A DNA stretch of 63,195 nucleotides, filler included, from Octopus bimaculoides (taxonomy: Eukaryota), in NCBI RefSeq assembly GCF_001194135.2. It is 7 parts of 7 records of this genome, joined end to end, with 100 filler letters (N's around TTAATTAATTAA, not from the genome) between each part and the next. Parts side by side here need not be neighbours in the genome. Positions count along the whole stretch, not along the records: positions 19,061 to 31,658 come from NC_068986.1; positions 31,759 to 46,442 come from NC_068991.1; 5 more parts are not named here. The stretch is one strand, 5' to 3'. The notes beneath the pieces are model-generated. The model was not told where the DNA came from, ran no database searches, and saw only the letters and a program-made list of their open reading frames with translations. The translations under genes and the position numbers were made by a program. Shown in pieces: positions 25,907 to 38,060 of this stretch (positions within the stretch are counted from its first letter, which is position 1; each line of letters opens with the position of its first letter).

Positions 25907-26539
25907 GCCCTTCCTAGCACCGACCACTTTACACAGTGTACATGATGTTCTTTTGCATGTCACCATCACCAACAGGGTCTCCAAGTACCTTGCAAGGGAG
26001 AGGCAAAAAATGCTCAACTGAGAGTGGAGTGGGGTATTCGTGCTAATTGAGAGATTAATGGTATAGAGAGATAGGTGTCCTGCAATAGATACATGGATAC
26101 TTCAACTGGGAAAGAAAAGAGAGTGGGTTAGAGAGTAAGATAAGGAGAATGTAGTGAAAGAGATGATGGTAAAGATGTTAGGACGTTAAAGGTGGTGAGA
26201 ATAAGTGAGGTGATACAGAAGTTTGGACTGGGTTAATGGGCAGGATAGAGATGACTTGTAAATGATGTTGAGAAATATAGGAGAGGCTCGGGGGTGCAAG
26301 GGTTGTGGTAGATATGAGGGCATTGAGGGTGATAGCAGATAAGCAAGGTTTTAATGGTTTAATAGTAGAGAGAAGGCACAGAAAGATGATTGGTGGAAAT
26401 AGTAGGTGGAGGACGATGATGGGAATTGGAAGTGGTTTTGGGTGGGAAAGTAAGGTAAATGAGAAAACCAGGTTATGTAATGTGTGCCTGTTCTTCTCTG
26501 GTGGTTTTAAGATATAAATTCTGCTGAGGTTGGCAGATC

Positions 26540-26810
26540 CTCTTGAGTATAGCAAAATGCTGGATATCTCAGTTCATTGTTATCCCCTTCATAAGGCTCT
26601 GTGTCTTGAGATTGGCCTTCAATACTTCATTCAATTTCTTCCTGGGTCTCCCTCTACAAGTTCTATCTCCTTTAAGTAATCAGCACTTCTTTATGCAACT
26701 GTTCTCATCTATATGCATCACGTGACCAAACCAATGCAGTCTTCTATCTTGCACACTGCATCTAATTCCTCTAACTTTACTCTCAACACACTAGCTCTCT
26801 GTTGCACATG
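26540..26810 (-). mobile_element. RTE LINE 3' ORF fragment in SURF6 intron 2
   Basis: Reverse complement contains WFGHV-type and GRPRKK motifs, homologous to the end of the 7200-8000 fragment. Confidence 0.55.
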
Positions 26811-26917
26811 TCCACATATGTAGTTTCAAGATTTCAATGATATTTTTTCCCCCTTAGAATGACATTGTAGTATAGGTGTGGTGAGAGGCTGGATCTGGCC
26901 AGATGTGGCTGCTTTAA

Positions 26918-27090
26918 TCCTTTAGCATTTAAACTGACCATATCCGGCCAAAATACACCTACCTGGAAATGTCATTTGAAACAAACATTCACATCATCAA
27001 AATCTCAAGGCTGCAAGATAATGCATGATTAATTCAAAACAATGTGAATTAATAGGCATTACATTTGACAGTAATTTGAATGCTAAAGAG
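26918..27090. mobile_element. piggyBac-type MITE (related end at 2396-2520)
   Basis: TTAA-TCCTTTAGCATTTAAA ... TTTGAATGCTAAAGAG-CTAA termini; TTAACCCTTTCGTTACC at 2394. Confidence 0.55.
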
Positions 27091-27295
27091 CTAAATACTA
27101 AATGATTAAATTAACACTTTTCACAATTTTATGTTCCAAGCACCAGCTAGTTACAATGTAAAAGTTATTTTATCTAAATACTTCTTGATTTTTTTATTAT
27201 TTTACAAAATTGATTGAAATATAGATTTCATTGTAATATGGTCACGAAACTGTTAAATAACTAAATTTATTAATTATACTTTCCTTTCATTTTAG

Positions 27296-27909
27296 CCAAA
27301 CGTAAATTACTTGAAAGAGGTGTTGTTTTGGAAAGACGGCGTATAAAGAAACAAGAAAAGAAACTTCAAAAGAAGAAAAAGTCTCTCTCTGCAAAGACAG
27401 AGAATCCAACTAAAAAGGAAAACAAGAAATTGGAAAAAGATGTTCCAGAAGTAAACCAGGAAGAGAAGTTTTTATATGGATCTCTTGAAATTGGTGATTC
27501 TAATAAAAAAAAACGCAAAACTATAACAGGACTTCATGGTAAAAATTACAAACAGCTTCTAGCTAAAGTAGAGAAATCTGAGAAGAAATTTAAAGAGCTG
27601 GAAATAACAGATTCTGAAGCTGCTGACAAGATGAGATCAGATGCTAAGATGAAGGCTGCACTGGACAAGGCAATGGGGAAAAAAATCAAAGATAACCCCC
27701 AGCTTTTAAAAAAAGCTCTGAAGAGGAAAGAGAAATTAAAAATGAAACGCAAGAAGGTGTGGGAAGAACGGGAAAAGAATGTGGAGAAGAAGCAGGAGGC
27801 AAAACAAGCGAAACGTGTCAGAAATATTGAGAAAAGAAAAGACAAAGTAAAAACATCAAAATCAAAGAGATCTATTAAAAGAGGAAAGATTTTGCCTGGA
27901 ATGTTGTAA
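27296..27909 (+). CDS. SURF6: SURF6 terminal coding exon, Lys-rich nucleolar domain
   Basis: tttag acceptor at 27294-27295, open to TAA at 27907-27909. Contains SURF6-family C-terminal motifs: ALDKAMGKKIKDNPQLLKKALKRKEKLKMKRKKVWEER and KRVRNIEKRK...KRGKILPG. AATAAA at 27911-27916. Confidence 0.9.
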
Positions 27910-30301
27910 AAATAAAAATGCTTCATTTATTTTTCATTTTTCTTTGCTTGGTTGTCTTTCCCCCTCCCCCTCCACTATTTTACATTTATTATTTTATTGT
28001 TTCTGAAGCTTTCTATATAACTCCATATCTTTTGTTTTTGTCATTGGACTGTGGCCGTGGTGGGTCTCTGGCTTGTAGGTTTTAAACAAATCAGCACTAG
28101 TGTTTTGGGGGGTTTTTTGTGGGGGGGACTAAGTCCGATACTTATTTTATCGGTGTCTTTTGTTGAACCCCTAAATTTACATGGATGTTAACAAACCAAC
28201 ACCAGTTGTCAAACAGTGGGTGGTGAATAGCACAAAGACATGGAAAACCGTCAATATATATGATGGGCTTCCATCTACCAAATTCTCTCACTAAATATTG
28301 GTCAGCCTGGGATTAATAGTAAAAGATATTTTCTCAAGGTGTCGCACAGTGGAACTGAATCCATAACCACATGGCTATGCCTGCACCTAGTTAGAACATT
28401 TTAAATAAATTTTTGGCTAAAACTCTTAAGGCTTTTATTAACCTACCATTATGTACCTCTTTATCAGGGGTTACAACTGACAGATAGCATCAGCAATTTG
28501 AAAAACTAAGTTTCTTGAGCTCAGTCAGAAGATTGGCTGCTAAGGATATTTCTTCAGACAGCATCATTTAATGTCCGTTGTCCATACTGGCATGGGTTGG
28601 ATGGTGGGACTGCACCAGACTCCAGTCTGACTTGGCATGATTTTTACAGTTGGGTGCCCTTCCTAATACCAGCCACTTTACAGAATGTGCTGGGTGCTTT
28701 TATGTGGTACCACCAGAAGGGTTGGTCTTAATACTTCTGATGTGGGATATGGATCTTCTTGAGTATGGCCAGGTATCTCAGCCCTCTGTCTTCATCCTTG
28801 CTTTTAATTTAACTTGGTGCTGGATTGACAACACTTTAACAAAGTCTGTAGTACTAAGAATGGTTCATATCTTTGTTGGTCTAAATATCTCCTCTGAACA
28901 CCAGTCAAATGGAGGACTTAACTCTACAGTTGGATCTCATGTGGCTGGTGCCCAACAAATTAAGAAATCAGCTAGATGTTCAAAGTCAATTTTATCACAA
29001 ATGAATTGTTTGATTGAACCTGTTCATGAAAATATTTAAGTCTGCTGATCCTTCGAACTCATGTTTGTAGTTAGATATTTCTTTCTTTTCAACTTGATGT
29101 GTTGTCCTATCAAAAGTGCTTTCAAATACATTAGTTTTATGGGTGGGGGGATCAATGATTAAAGTAGAGAATAACTCAAAGGCAATATTCTGAAACTCAA
29201 ATGTTATCCATACAATGTATAATTACCATCTGGTTGGAACTTGTAGTTTTCTATGAATAGGCCTTAGTGTTGGTGAGATGACTGAATGAAGCTGTATCTA
29301 TGGCACACGCAGAGTGAGGTTCACTAGCAGGATGAAAGTAGAGGCTTCATCATTGTCGGGATAGTTTGAGTAATGACAAGCTATACTTGTCTAAAAAGGG
29401 GATAAGGACAATTATTCATGTGATCAATCTTGTCTGCACAGCATCATATAGGGAACAGCCTTAATAACACTAAAGTAAATACTGATTTCTCTCACAGGCA
29501 CCAGACCAGAATATTGTGGAGACTTGACATGTAACTATATTATTACTTGACTGGTTATTTTATCGACCCTGGAGGAGTGAAAGGTAAAGATGAGCTTGGC
29601 ATGATTTGAATTCAGAATGCAAAGTATTTCGTCTACTGCTCAAATGATTCTGCTTATCCACCACTGTAAATACAATAAATATTAATAAATAGTTAATATA
29701 AGTATGAGATTCCTTATGTGAGTTCATGTGTGAAAACAAATTTTGTTGTGTCCGGTGGGAATCATAGTGCCTTAATGTAACACACTGGTTCAATTTCCAC
29801 TCATTTATTTATTCCAGAAAGCTTTTTTTGTCGCATTTGTGACTGTATCAATGGATTTTGACTCTGTCCGTTATTGAAGCTATGATTTTATTTCTTGACT
29901 GGTAGTATTTTATCGACCCTGGAAGAGTGAACGGTATAGATGAGCTTGGCATAATTTAAATTCTGAATGCAAAGCATTTTGTCCATTGCTGAAACAATTC
30001 TGCTTATCCACCACCATAAATACAATAACAGTCGGTCAGAGTCAAAATCCAGCAACAAAAAAGCTTTCTGGAATAAATAAAAGTGGAAATAACCCATAAG
30101 ACACTATGACTCCCCAGCCACAAAAAAGGAAGTATGAGAATAGATTTTTGCTAAGTTATTAGGACATATGGGATATAACTAATGATGACAAAAAAAAATC
30201 TTTGGTCATTACTTGAAATTATTTCTGGACAAGACTATAACAGGGTTCTAATATTTTCTCATAATCTTTATTTACAAAAACAATTTGTACAAATCATTTT
30301 C

Positions 30302-30398
30302 TTACTTTATTCCCATCCACTTTTCACTAATAAGCCACAGTCTTGTGGCTGCTTCTGTATCTAAAGCATTTGTTGGAAACTCCATCTCTTTGTTGTTG
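30302..30398 (-). CDS. RDH13: RDH13-like SDR, terminal exon (NNKEMEFPTNALDTEAATRLWLISEKWMGIK*)
   Basis: tttttattttttcag acceptor; phase 2 matches the preceding exon (TG+C = Cys); A.D.EAA.RLW..SE is the conserved RDH C-terminus; TAA at 30304-30302; AATAAA on - at 30273-30268. Confidence 0.85.
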
Positions 30399-30912
30399 CT
30401 GAAAAAATAAAAACAGTTGTCTTTTCAAGCTTTCTATATGGTCAATTATAAACACACAAATCTTTTAATTTCCATTTACCAAATCCACTCACAAGACTTT
30501 GATCAGCCCAAAGCCTCAAATAAGAAATTCCTCCGATGCTCTCTTGTCATTCTCATCATCAGAAATGTCATGAACCAGTGGCTGGCTCATTAGAAATCTA
30601 TAATTATTGATTATGCTGTTCACTAAGTGTAACAAATAAACAGATATTCAGATGAGTAAAAATATAAAAAATTTTGGCACAAGGCCAGCAATTTTTGGGA
30701 GATGGGGCAAGTTGATTATATCAACCCTCCAGTGCTCAACTGGTACTTATTTTATCAAACCCAGAAGAATGAAAGGCAAAGTCGACCTCAACAGAATTCA
30801 AACTCAGAATATAAAGACAGACCAAATACTGCTAAGCATTCTGCTAGGTTGAAGCCTTTTATCAATAATAGAATTATTGAAAATATTAAAAATAAAACAG
30901 AGTTAACCATAC

Positions 30913-31120
30913 CAGAAGTAGTGTCCTGAAACAGTCTCAAGGCTGGGATCAACACTGCAAAATAATGCTGTTTGTGCACCTTGCATAGGAGTTTTCAGTA
31001 AGATCCATTTAATAGGCCACAATAATATACTAGAAATATATGATTTATTGATTCCAAGATGGTTGCCTAGATTTGTATTAGTAACACCTGGGTAGACAGC
31101 ATTTACAGTAACTCCAGAAC
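30913..31120 (-). CDS. RDH13: RDH13-like short-chain dehydrogenase/reductase, penultimate exon (GSGVTVNAVYPGVTNTNLGNHLGI...KTPMQGAQTALFC...VSGHYF)
   Basis: Long polypyrimidine tract ending cttag on - (31121-31150); TG/gtatgg donor at 30912; 208 nt open. GVTVNA.hPGV..T.LG.H.GI and GAQT...SG.YF are hallmark RDH11-14 motifs; G.H.GI is closest to RDH13 as I recall it. Orthology is unverified. Confidence 0.8.
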
Positions 31121-31384
31121 CTAAGTGAGAAGAGAAGAGAAGAAAAGAAAATCACTAGAGACTCTTTAAAACATTATCTCATCTGATATTTACTCTCTCT
31201 GAATGCATATAAAATATACTATATATATATGTGTATGTGTGTGTAAAGCTGTATATATAAATGAATTAAAGGTAGTGCTATGCTACTTTGTAATCATTAT
31301 TATTATCATCATTGATATATATGTGTCACCCGTATTACGAACCAGGTGATACACGAAGGAGTCATACCCAATGACTGATGTAGC

Positions 31385-31658
31385 AGCATCATAGTCAACT
31401 GCTACAAAGGTAAAGGTGACGCTTTAGATACAAATAATTACAGAGGCATCAAGCTGTTAGATCAGGTTATGAAAGTTAGAGAGAGGGTCATAGCCCAACT
31501 AATTAGGGAGCGAATCAATTTAGATGAGATGCAGTTTGGGTTTGTGCCAGGTAAAAGCACTACTGATGCCTTATTTCTAGTGAGACAGCTGTAGGAGAAA
31601 TACCTAGCTAAGGATAAACCTCTGTACCTGGCTTTCGTTGACATGGAGAAAGCCTTTG
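31385..31658 (+). mobile_element. RTE LINE reverse transcriptase fragment (runs into a gap)
   Basis: GKGDALDTNNYRGIKLLDQVMKV...EMQFGFVPGKSTTDALFLVRQL*EKY...AFVDMEKAF. Confidence 0.9.
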
Positions 31659-31758
31659 NNNNNNNNNNNNNNNNNNNNNNNNNNNNNNNNNNNNNNNNNN
31701 NNTTAATTAATTAANNNNNNNNNNNNNNNNNNNNNNNNNNNNNNNNNNNNNNNNNNNN

Positions 31759-32062
31759 AGAGATAACTCGAATGTGGAATCTAAAAACAGAAACAATTCC
31801 TATCATAGTAGGTGCCTTAGGTATAATAAAAAAATATTCAGACAAATACATAACAAAAACACCAGGACTTACAAATATATATAACATACAGAAAATTGCA
31901 CTACTGGGTACTGCACACATTCTACGCAAAACACTTTCAATACAGTAAACATAAGAGCACCACAGCAAACCACAGCACATACCCAAGGCGCACAGAGCTG
32001 CGCTCGGTAGTGAAGTGAAAGCACGTTATAAAAATAAAACTACTGAATAATAATAATAATAG
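31759..32062 (+). mobile_element. R4/Dong-type LINE 3' end with (AAT)n tail
   Basis: EITRMWNLKTETIPIIVGALG...IQKIALLGTAHILRKTL*, short 3' UTR, then aataataataat. Confidence 0.85.
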
Positions 32063-32077
32063 TAATTTTCTATATTT

Positions 32078-32720
32078 CTATCGCTTGTGTATTATTACAG
32101 TATTCTCCTGTAGCCGTACCTTTATTCTGTTGTAGATTGCCTTTTGTTCATCTGTCATGTCAGTATTAGTTTTATCGTCTGCTTTTAGATCATCTATATC
32201 TCTCTCATCAAGTAAGCTACCACTGCTCCTTTCCTGTGCTATGAGATTACACTTATTAGTAAGAACTGTATTTTCATTCTTATCTATGCTGCTATTGTTA
32301 GCTTCGAGCTCTACTTCTGTGAACCAACAATTTTTTCTTATTGCTCTAGCTTGATCATATAGTCTCTGTTCCGTGAGTTGAAACAATTCCTTTTCTCTCC
32401 AATGATCATACATACGTTGACGGTAACCCCTAATTTGAGCACCATTTATATCTACAGGGCTGCTCAGGTAGTAACACTCCATGACCACAGCAATAATTTG
32501 TTTGCTCCATCTACTCCGTGTGTGGTGGTCCCTTTATGGACATCGACAGGCTGGAGCCAGACCAGGACCTCTGATCCTACCGGGTGCAACACTGTCACCA
32601 TCATTGGCTTCAGTTTCATTCCCACCGTTATTCACAATATTTTGTTTTTTCATTGTCACTCATTTGAGGTAGCGATTAACAGGTTGCGCAATTACCAGTG
32701 TTTTTATTGTGACACCATCA
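32078..32720 (-). mobile_element. R4/Dong-type LINE 5' fragment adjoining a (TTA)n tract
   Basis: RSRWSKQ..VVMECYYLS...RGYRQRMYDHW...TEQRLYDQARAIRKN.WFTEVELE, typical of the N-terminus of this clade. Confidence 0.75.
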
Positions 32721-32724
32721 CATG

Positions 32725-32810
<86 letters not shown>

Positions 32811-33067
32811 CATCATCATCATGAAAATAGGCTCTTTCTCTATTGGCAAAAACTCTTGAGTTAAAACTGAATGACATACATACATACATAGACATACCAC
32901 ACATCCCATGAATACCAGACATACACACCAATATCACTTTACAATCCTGTGTTCCGGGTTCGCTACCACTGCGTGGAACTTTGGGTACACGTCTTTCCAC
33001 TATAACCTCGGATTACTCGACACCTTGTGAGCGGGGTTTCACAGATGGAAACCATGCGAAGCCCCAG

Positions 33068-33144
<77 letters not shown>

Positions 33145-33824
33145 AGAATGTATCTGTATTTACGTGGACTGATCTAAAATTAGACGATGTTGTTTGTGTT
33201 GTGTCATTGTGTGAACGGTGTCTTAGCAGACCAAATAGACTGAGCCAAAAATCGAGGTCAAGAGGTGTCAGTCCGGGAAAGGAAAAGAAGAAAGTTGTTT
33301 GTTTTGAGAGGATTGGTAGGTCTGATGTTTTGAGGAGATACAGAGAGATGGAAGGAGGTGGAGGAGGAGGCGGAAGAGACAGAGTGAGAGGGGAGAAGAG
33401 ACAGAAGGAGGAAGAGAGAAGAAATACAAAGAGAGAGAGAGACAAGAAGAGAGGCGAGATAGAAGGGGAAAGAGAGGGAGTGAGAAAAAAGAGAGGAGAG
33501 CGAGAGGGTGTGTGTGTGTGTGTGTGGTGGGGGTTTGAGAGAGGGAAAGAGAAGAGGAGGGAGGATGTCTACCGAACCAATCTAAATTTATGCATAATGA
33601 GCCAATTGTGATTGTTTGAGTCACGTGGTTTTGTTTGTCTCTTCATTGACCTCCAAACCAAGAAACAAGGGCAGTTCTAATGACGGTCGCTCCTCGTTTG
33701 TGTGTGTGTGTGTGTGTGTGTGTGCAAATGTGTATGTGTGAATGTGTGTATGCATGCATGTATGTACAGGACTGTATGTGTGTGAAACTGTTTTTGTTTG
33801 TGTGTGTGTGTGTGTGTGTGCGTA

Positions 33825-33895
<71 letters not shown>

Positions 33896-36096
33896 ATATA
33901 TATATATATATAGATATATTGTGTATGTGTGCATGTGTGATTAAGGTTTTTCTTTTCTTTTGCCGAGTATAACAGCGGATCGATCTTAGTTGTGTGATTG
34001 AAGTATTTCGGATAAATTGTGACCGGTAATTCTAAAGTCTACATATGACGCATACAGTGACACGCTGATTCTGTTTGGGAACAACGTAAAGGGCACACGG
34101 GTCTCTGAAATGCCCAGCCCCTTATTTCTGAATTCAGGGGACAAATAATTCCGTTGATCGAAACCGTGAATAGTCATCGTCGAAAACAACGGCGACCCAT
34201 TTACTTTACTTAGAAGACGAAAATCATTGAACAGCGTTGGTGGTATTGACATGGGATGCTTGCTACTGACGAGGCCTAAGGAGGCAGAAATGCAGGACGA
34301 CTTTTCTCTGCTACTGATACTGTATCTTCAGGCATATAAGTTTAAATTTTCAGACCAAAATTTAAAGCCAAAAAAGTAGGTTGGCTTATACACCAAAATG
34401 ACTTCTGAGGAGCAAAAATTCCATGTCAAATGCACCAGGATTTGGAAAGATAATAATAATGTTTACATTATGTATGTATGCATATTTAACCCCATCCCAA
34501 CATATATATGTATGACAGAAACATTAGCTAAGAGTAAAAGCTCAGTGGCTAGAGGAGGGATTTGAATCACAAGGATAAAGTTATACTAAATACTATAAAA
34601 GAAAAATTCTCGATTTACTGAAATTATCTTGGCTTCGAGGGAAGGCAAACAAACACCCGGCGGCAAGTCTGAAATAAAGACTGCAATCATTATTCCCGAC
34701 TGAAAGGAATTGTTCCAGCATAGCCGCATCCGATGAGTGAAACTGAAGGAGAGAAAAAGAGAGAGAGAGAGGGGAGAGAGAGAGAGAAAGAGAAATAGGA
34801 GGGAGAGAGAGAGGGAGGTAGAGGTAGAGAGGGAGGGATAGAGAGGGAAGGAGAGAGACAGAAATAGAGAGGGAAGGAGGCAGAGAGGAGGAAAGAAGGA
34901 GAGAGAGAGAGAGGGGAGATTGAGAGAGAGAGGGGAGATTGAGAGAGAGAGAGATGAATAAGTGTAAGGTTACAAATTCTAGGCGGCGGTTATGTCTGGA
35001 ATGCTCATTGAATATCATTATCATCATCATCATCATCATCATCGTCATTATTATCTTCACCACCACCACCACCACCACCACCATCANNNNNNNNNNNNNN
35101 NNNNNNNNNNNNNNNNNNNNNNNNNNNNNNNNNNNNNNNNNNNNNNNNNNNNNNNNNNNNNNNNNNNNNNNNNNNNNNNNNNNNNNNNNNNNNNNNNNNN
35201 NNNNNNNNNNNNNNNNNNNNNNNNNNNNNNNNNNNNNNNNNNNNNNNNNNNNNNNNNNNNNNNNNNNNNNNNNNNNNNNNNNNNNNNNNNNNNNNNNNNN
35301 NNNNNNNNNNNNNNNNNNNNNNNNNNNNNNNNNNNNNNNNNNNNNNNNNNNNNNNNNNNNNNNNNNNNNNNNNNNNNNNNNNNNNNNNNNNNNNNNNNNN
35401 NNNNNNNNNNNNNNNNNNNNNNNNNNNNNNNNNNNNNNNNNNNNNNNNNNNNNNNNNNNNNNNNNNNNNNNNNNNNNNNNNNNNNNNNNNNNNNNNNNNN
35501 NNNNNNNNNNNNNNNNNNNNNNNNNCTCTCTACAGAATTGTCTAAAATCTTTGGAAAGCTTCTCAAATAACTGAATGGTAACGCGACCATTCTACAAATT
35601 ATAATCTGTAAAGAATAAAAAACTTTTGTCTCTGATATCTGAATTCCATCGCAGTGGCCTTGATTCTAAGAGGGTAGCCATTTGTTTTCCCGAGAAGGAG
35701 AGGGAGAGGGAGGGAAAGGGAGAAAGGAAAAGGAGAGAGTACGGAAGGGTGTGTTTGTGTGAGAGGGAGAGTGAGAGGAGAGAAAAAAACACCTAAAAAG
35801 GAAGAGAAACTGTAAATAACTATAGACATACATAGAAATATATATACGCGCGCGCGTCACGCATACAGAAGACGCACACACACATACATACATACAAATA
35901 CAAACGTATACACACTCATACACATACAAGCACACATATAACACAAACACACACTCGTGCGCTCGCACACATTGGATATTGCGTGAGTCGCCTCAGCCAC
36001 GTATGTAGAGAGATAAAGAAACGCAACTGAAGGCAGAAGCAAAGCTTGGTTCTGTTATAAAAGAACAGTGCTTTGTTGTAATGGGAACACACACAT

Positions 36097-36130
<34 letters not shown>

Positions 36131-37019
36131 GCACACACATGCACGCACATACGATACTCGCGTGCGCTCACCCATCAGCACAAACACACGCATTAAGGAA
36201 GCTGAAAAGATGCTAGAAGCACGTACACATAAATATGGAAGGTGAAAAGGCACAGATATATAGAAGTACGAACACATATATGGAAGCTGAATAGGGACAA
36301 AATAAAAGGTAAAAGCACGTACATATAAATATGGAAGCTGAAAAAGGAGAAATCGTAGAAGCGCGTTCAGATAAATATGGAAGATGAAAAGAGACAAATT
36401 ATGAATGTACGTATATATATAAATATGGAAAGTGAAAAGGAACAAATATATGGAATCACGTTTGCTTACAAACACAAAACGCGGCCCAAACTGCCATAAC
36501 ATGTTCTAATACGATAAATCTTCCCTTGGGAGGGGAGTCTCTCAAAAGTTAACGTTGTTGAACTTTTTTTTTATCTTTAGTGAGAAGATGCTGCAAACAT
36601 TTAGAAAGCTGGCAATTACTAAATCGCTGTGTTCTGCTCATACAGCAATAATGACAGCATGATTTTTCCATTTCCCATAATAACATTTTACCTGCTACGG
36701 TGGATCTGAAAGAAATAAAGAGAAAATTATAAATTGGTTTGAGGGAAATCTACTGATAATTGTCCCGGTGATATCCAAAATGAACAAGAACCATTTAATG
36801 CGAACGTGCCATCAATTCCGGTTCTGCATCGAAGCTAAAGGCGGAGTTATGAGAAAGTTTATCGCGAATCTGTGCACGAATTTTTATTAAAATATATTTG
36901 TTTTTTATTAGATCAGAGTTGTTTTATTAAATTACCATATATGCCCTCAAATACTTCTTGTACACTCTGTGTATGTGTGTGTACGTGTATGTATGTATGT
37001 ATGTATGTATGTGTATATA

Positions 37020-37490
37020 TCATCATCATCATCGTTTAACGTCCACTTTCCATGCTGGCATGGGTTGGACGGTTTGACGGAAGACTGGTGAGCCAGAGGC
37101 TGCATCAGGCTCAATCTGATCTGGCAAAGTTTCTATAGCTGGATGCCCTTCCTAACGCTAACCACGCCGAGAGTGTAGTGGGTGCTTTTACATACAACCG
37201 GCATGAGGGCCAGTCAGGCGGTTCTGGCAACGGCCACGCTCAAAAGGTGTTTTTTACGTGCTACCTGCACGGGAGCCAGTCCGGCGACACTGGTAACGAC
37301 CACGCTCGAATGTTGTTTTTCACGTGCCACCGGCACATGTGACGGTAGGGCGACCCTGGCAACGATCACGCTCGAATGGTGCTTTTTATGTAGTACCGGC
37401 ACGAGAGCCAATCCGTGGCCCTGGCAACGATCACGTTCGGATGTGCTGTTAACATTCCACTGGCGCGAGTGCCAATTAGGCGGTACTGTC
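37020..37490 (-). repeat. RTE 3'-UTR-derived repeat (family C) with internal ~66-bp tandem units
   Basis: Shares the CATCCAACCCATGCCAGCATGGAAAG..GACGTTAAA(CGATGAT)n tail with the RTE fragments; CTGGCAACGA.CACGCTC recurs at 37226, 37292, 37358, 37422. Other copies at 1660-1892, 20920-21190, 22265-22520, 24660-24880, 28565-28715, 47850-48180, 60883-61205. Confidence 0.8.
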
Positions 37491-37539
37491 ATCGGCCATG
37501 TTGACCCTGTGGAGAACCTTGCTTCTTAGCCGCTTGGTC

Positions 37540-38060
37540 TACTGCTCCCAGTTATGGTCACCACAGTGCCAAACTAATAGCGGAGCTTGAAGCAGTCCAA
37601 CACCACTACAATAAAAAGATTGAAACAGTGCAGCGGATGAGCTACAGGGATAAACTGAGAAAAGCACAGCTTTACTACCTGGAGCGAAGGCGTGAGAGAT
37701 ATGCAAGAATATACACATGGAAAACAATCTTAGAAGGGCTAGTACCTAATTTCGACATTGAGTGTTATACAAATGCCAGAACTGGCAGCCACCATTGTAT
37801 TTTACCGAAGGTACCATCCACTCCATCTAAATTCAGGACCAGGTATTGCAATAGTCTAGGGTTCAAAGGCCCACAGATCTTCAATGCCCTGCCACAAAAA
37901 TTAAGAAATCTGCATAAGGTGAAAGTAGATGTCTTCAAAAAGGAACTAGACATCCTCCTCTCCACAATGCCGGATGAACTAACAGCCCGACATGAAGTGC
38001 AGACGAGGGCAGCGGAATCAAACTCCTTTATACACCAAATGGGCCAACAGCTGGGGCAAA
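37540..38060 (+). mobile_element. CR1/L2-group LINE ORF2 C-terminal fragment
   Basis: YCSQLWSP, LYYLERRRERY..IY.WK.LEGLVPN, GPQIFNALP..LRN...FKKELD..L..PDE. Confidence 0.85.

Noticed and set aside
28730-29130. Possible R4/Dong RT remnant on the minus strand (DRGLRYLAI)
   Set aside because: Too degraded to list as a feature with confidence.
34508-34531. ATG TAT GAC AGA (MYDR), like the STPG2 N-terminus
   Set aside because: In-frame stop after 7 codons and no donor; it arises from a TATG microsatellite.
36692-36705. 14-nt minus-strand micro-exon with strong splice sites
   Set aside because: No gene context or peptide support; such sites occur by chance in AT-rich DNA.
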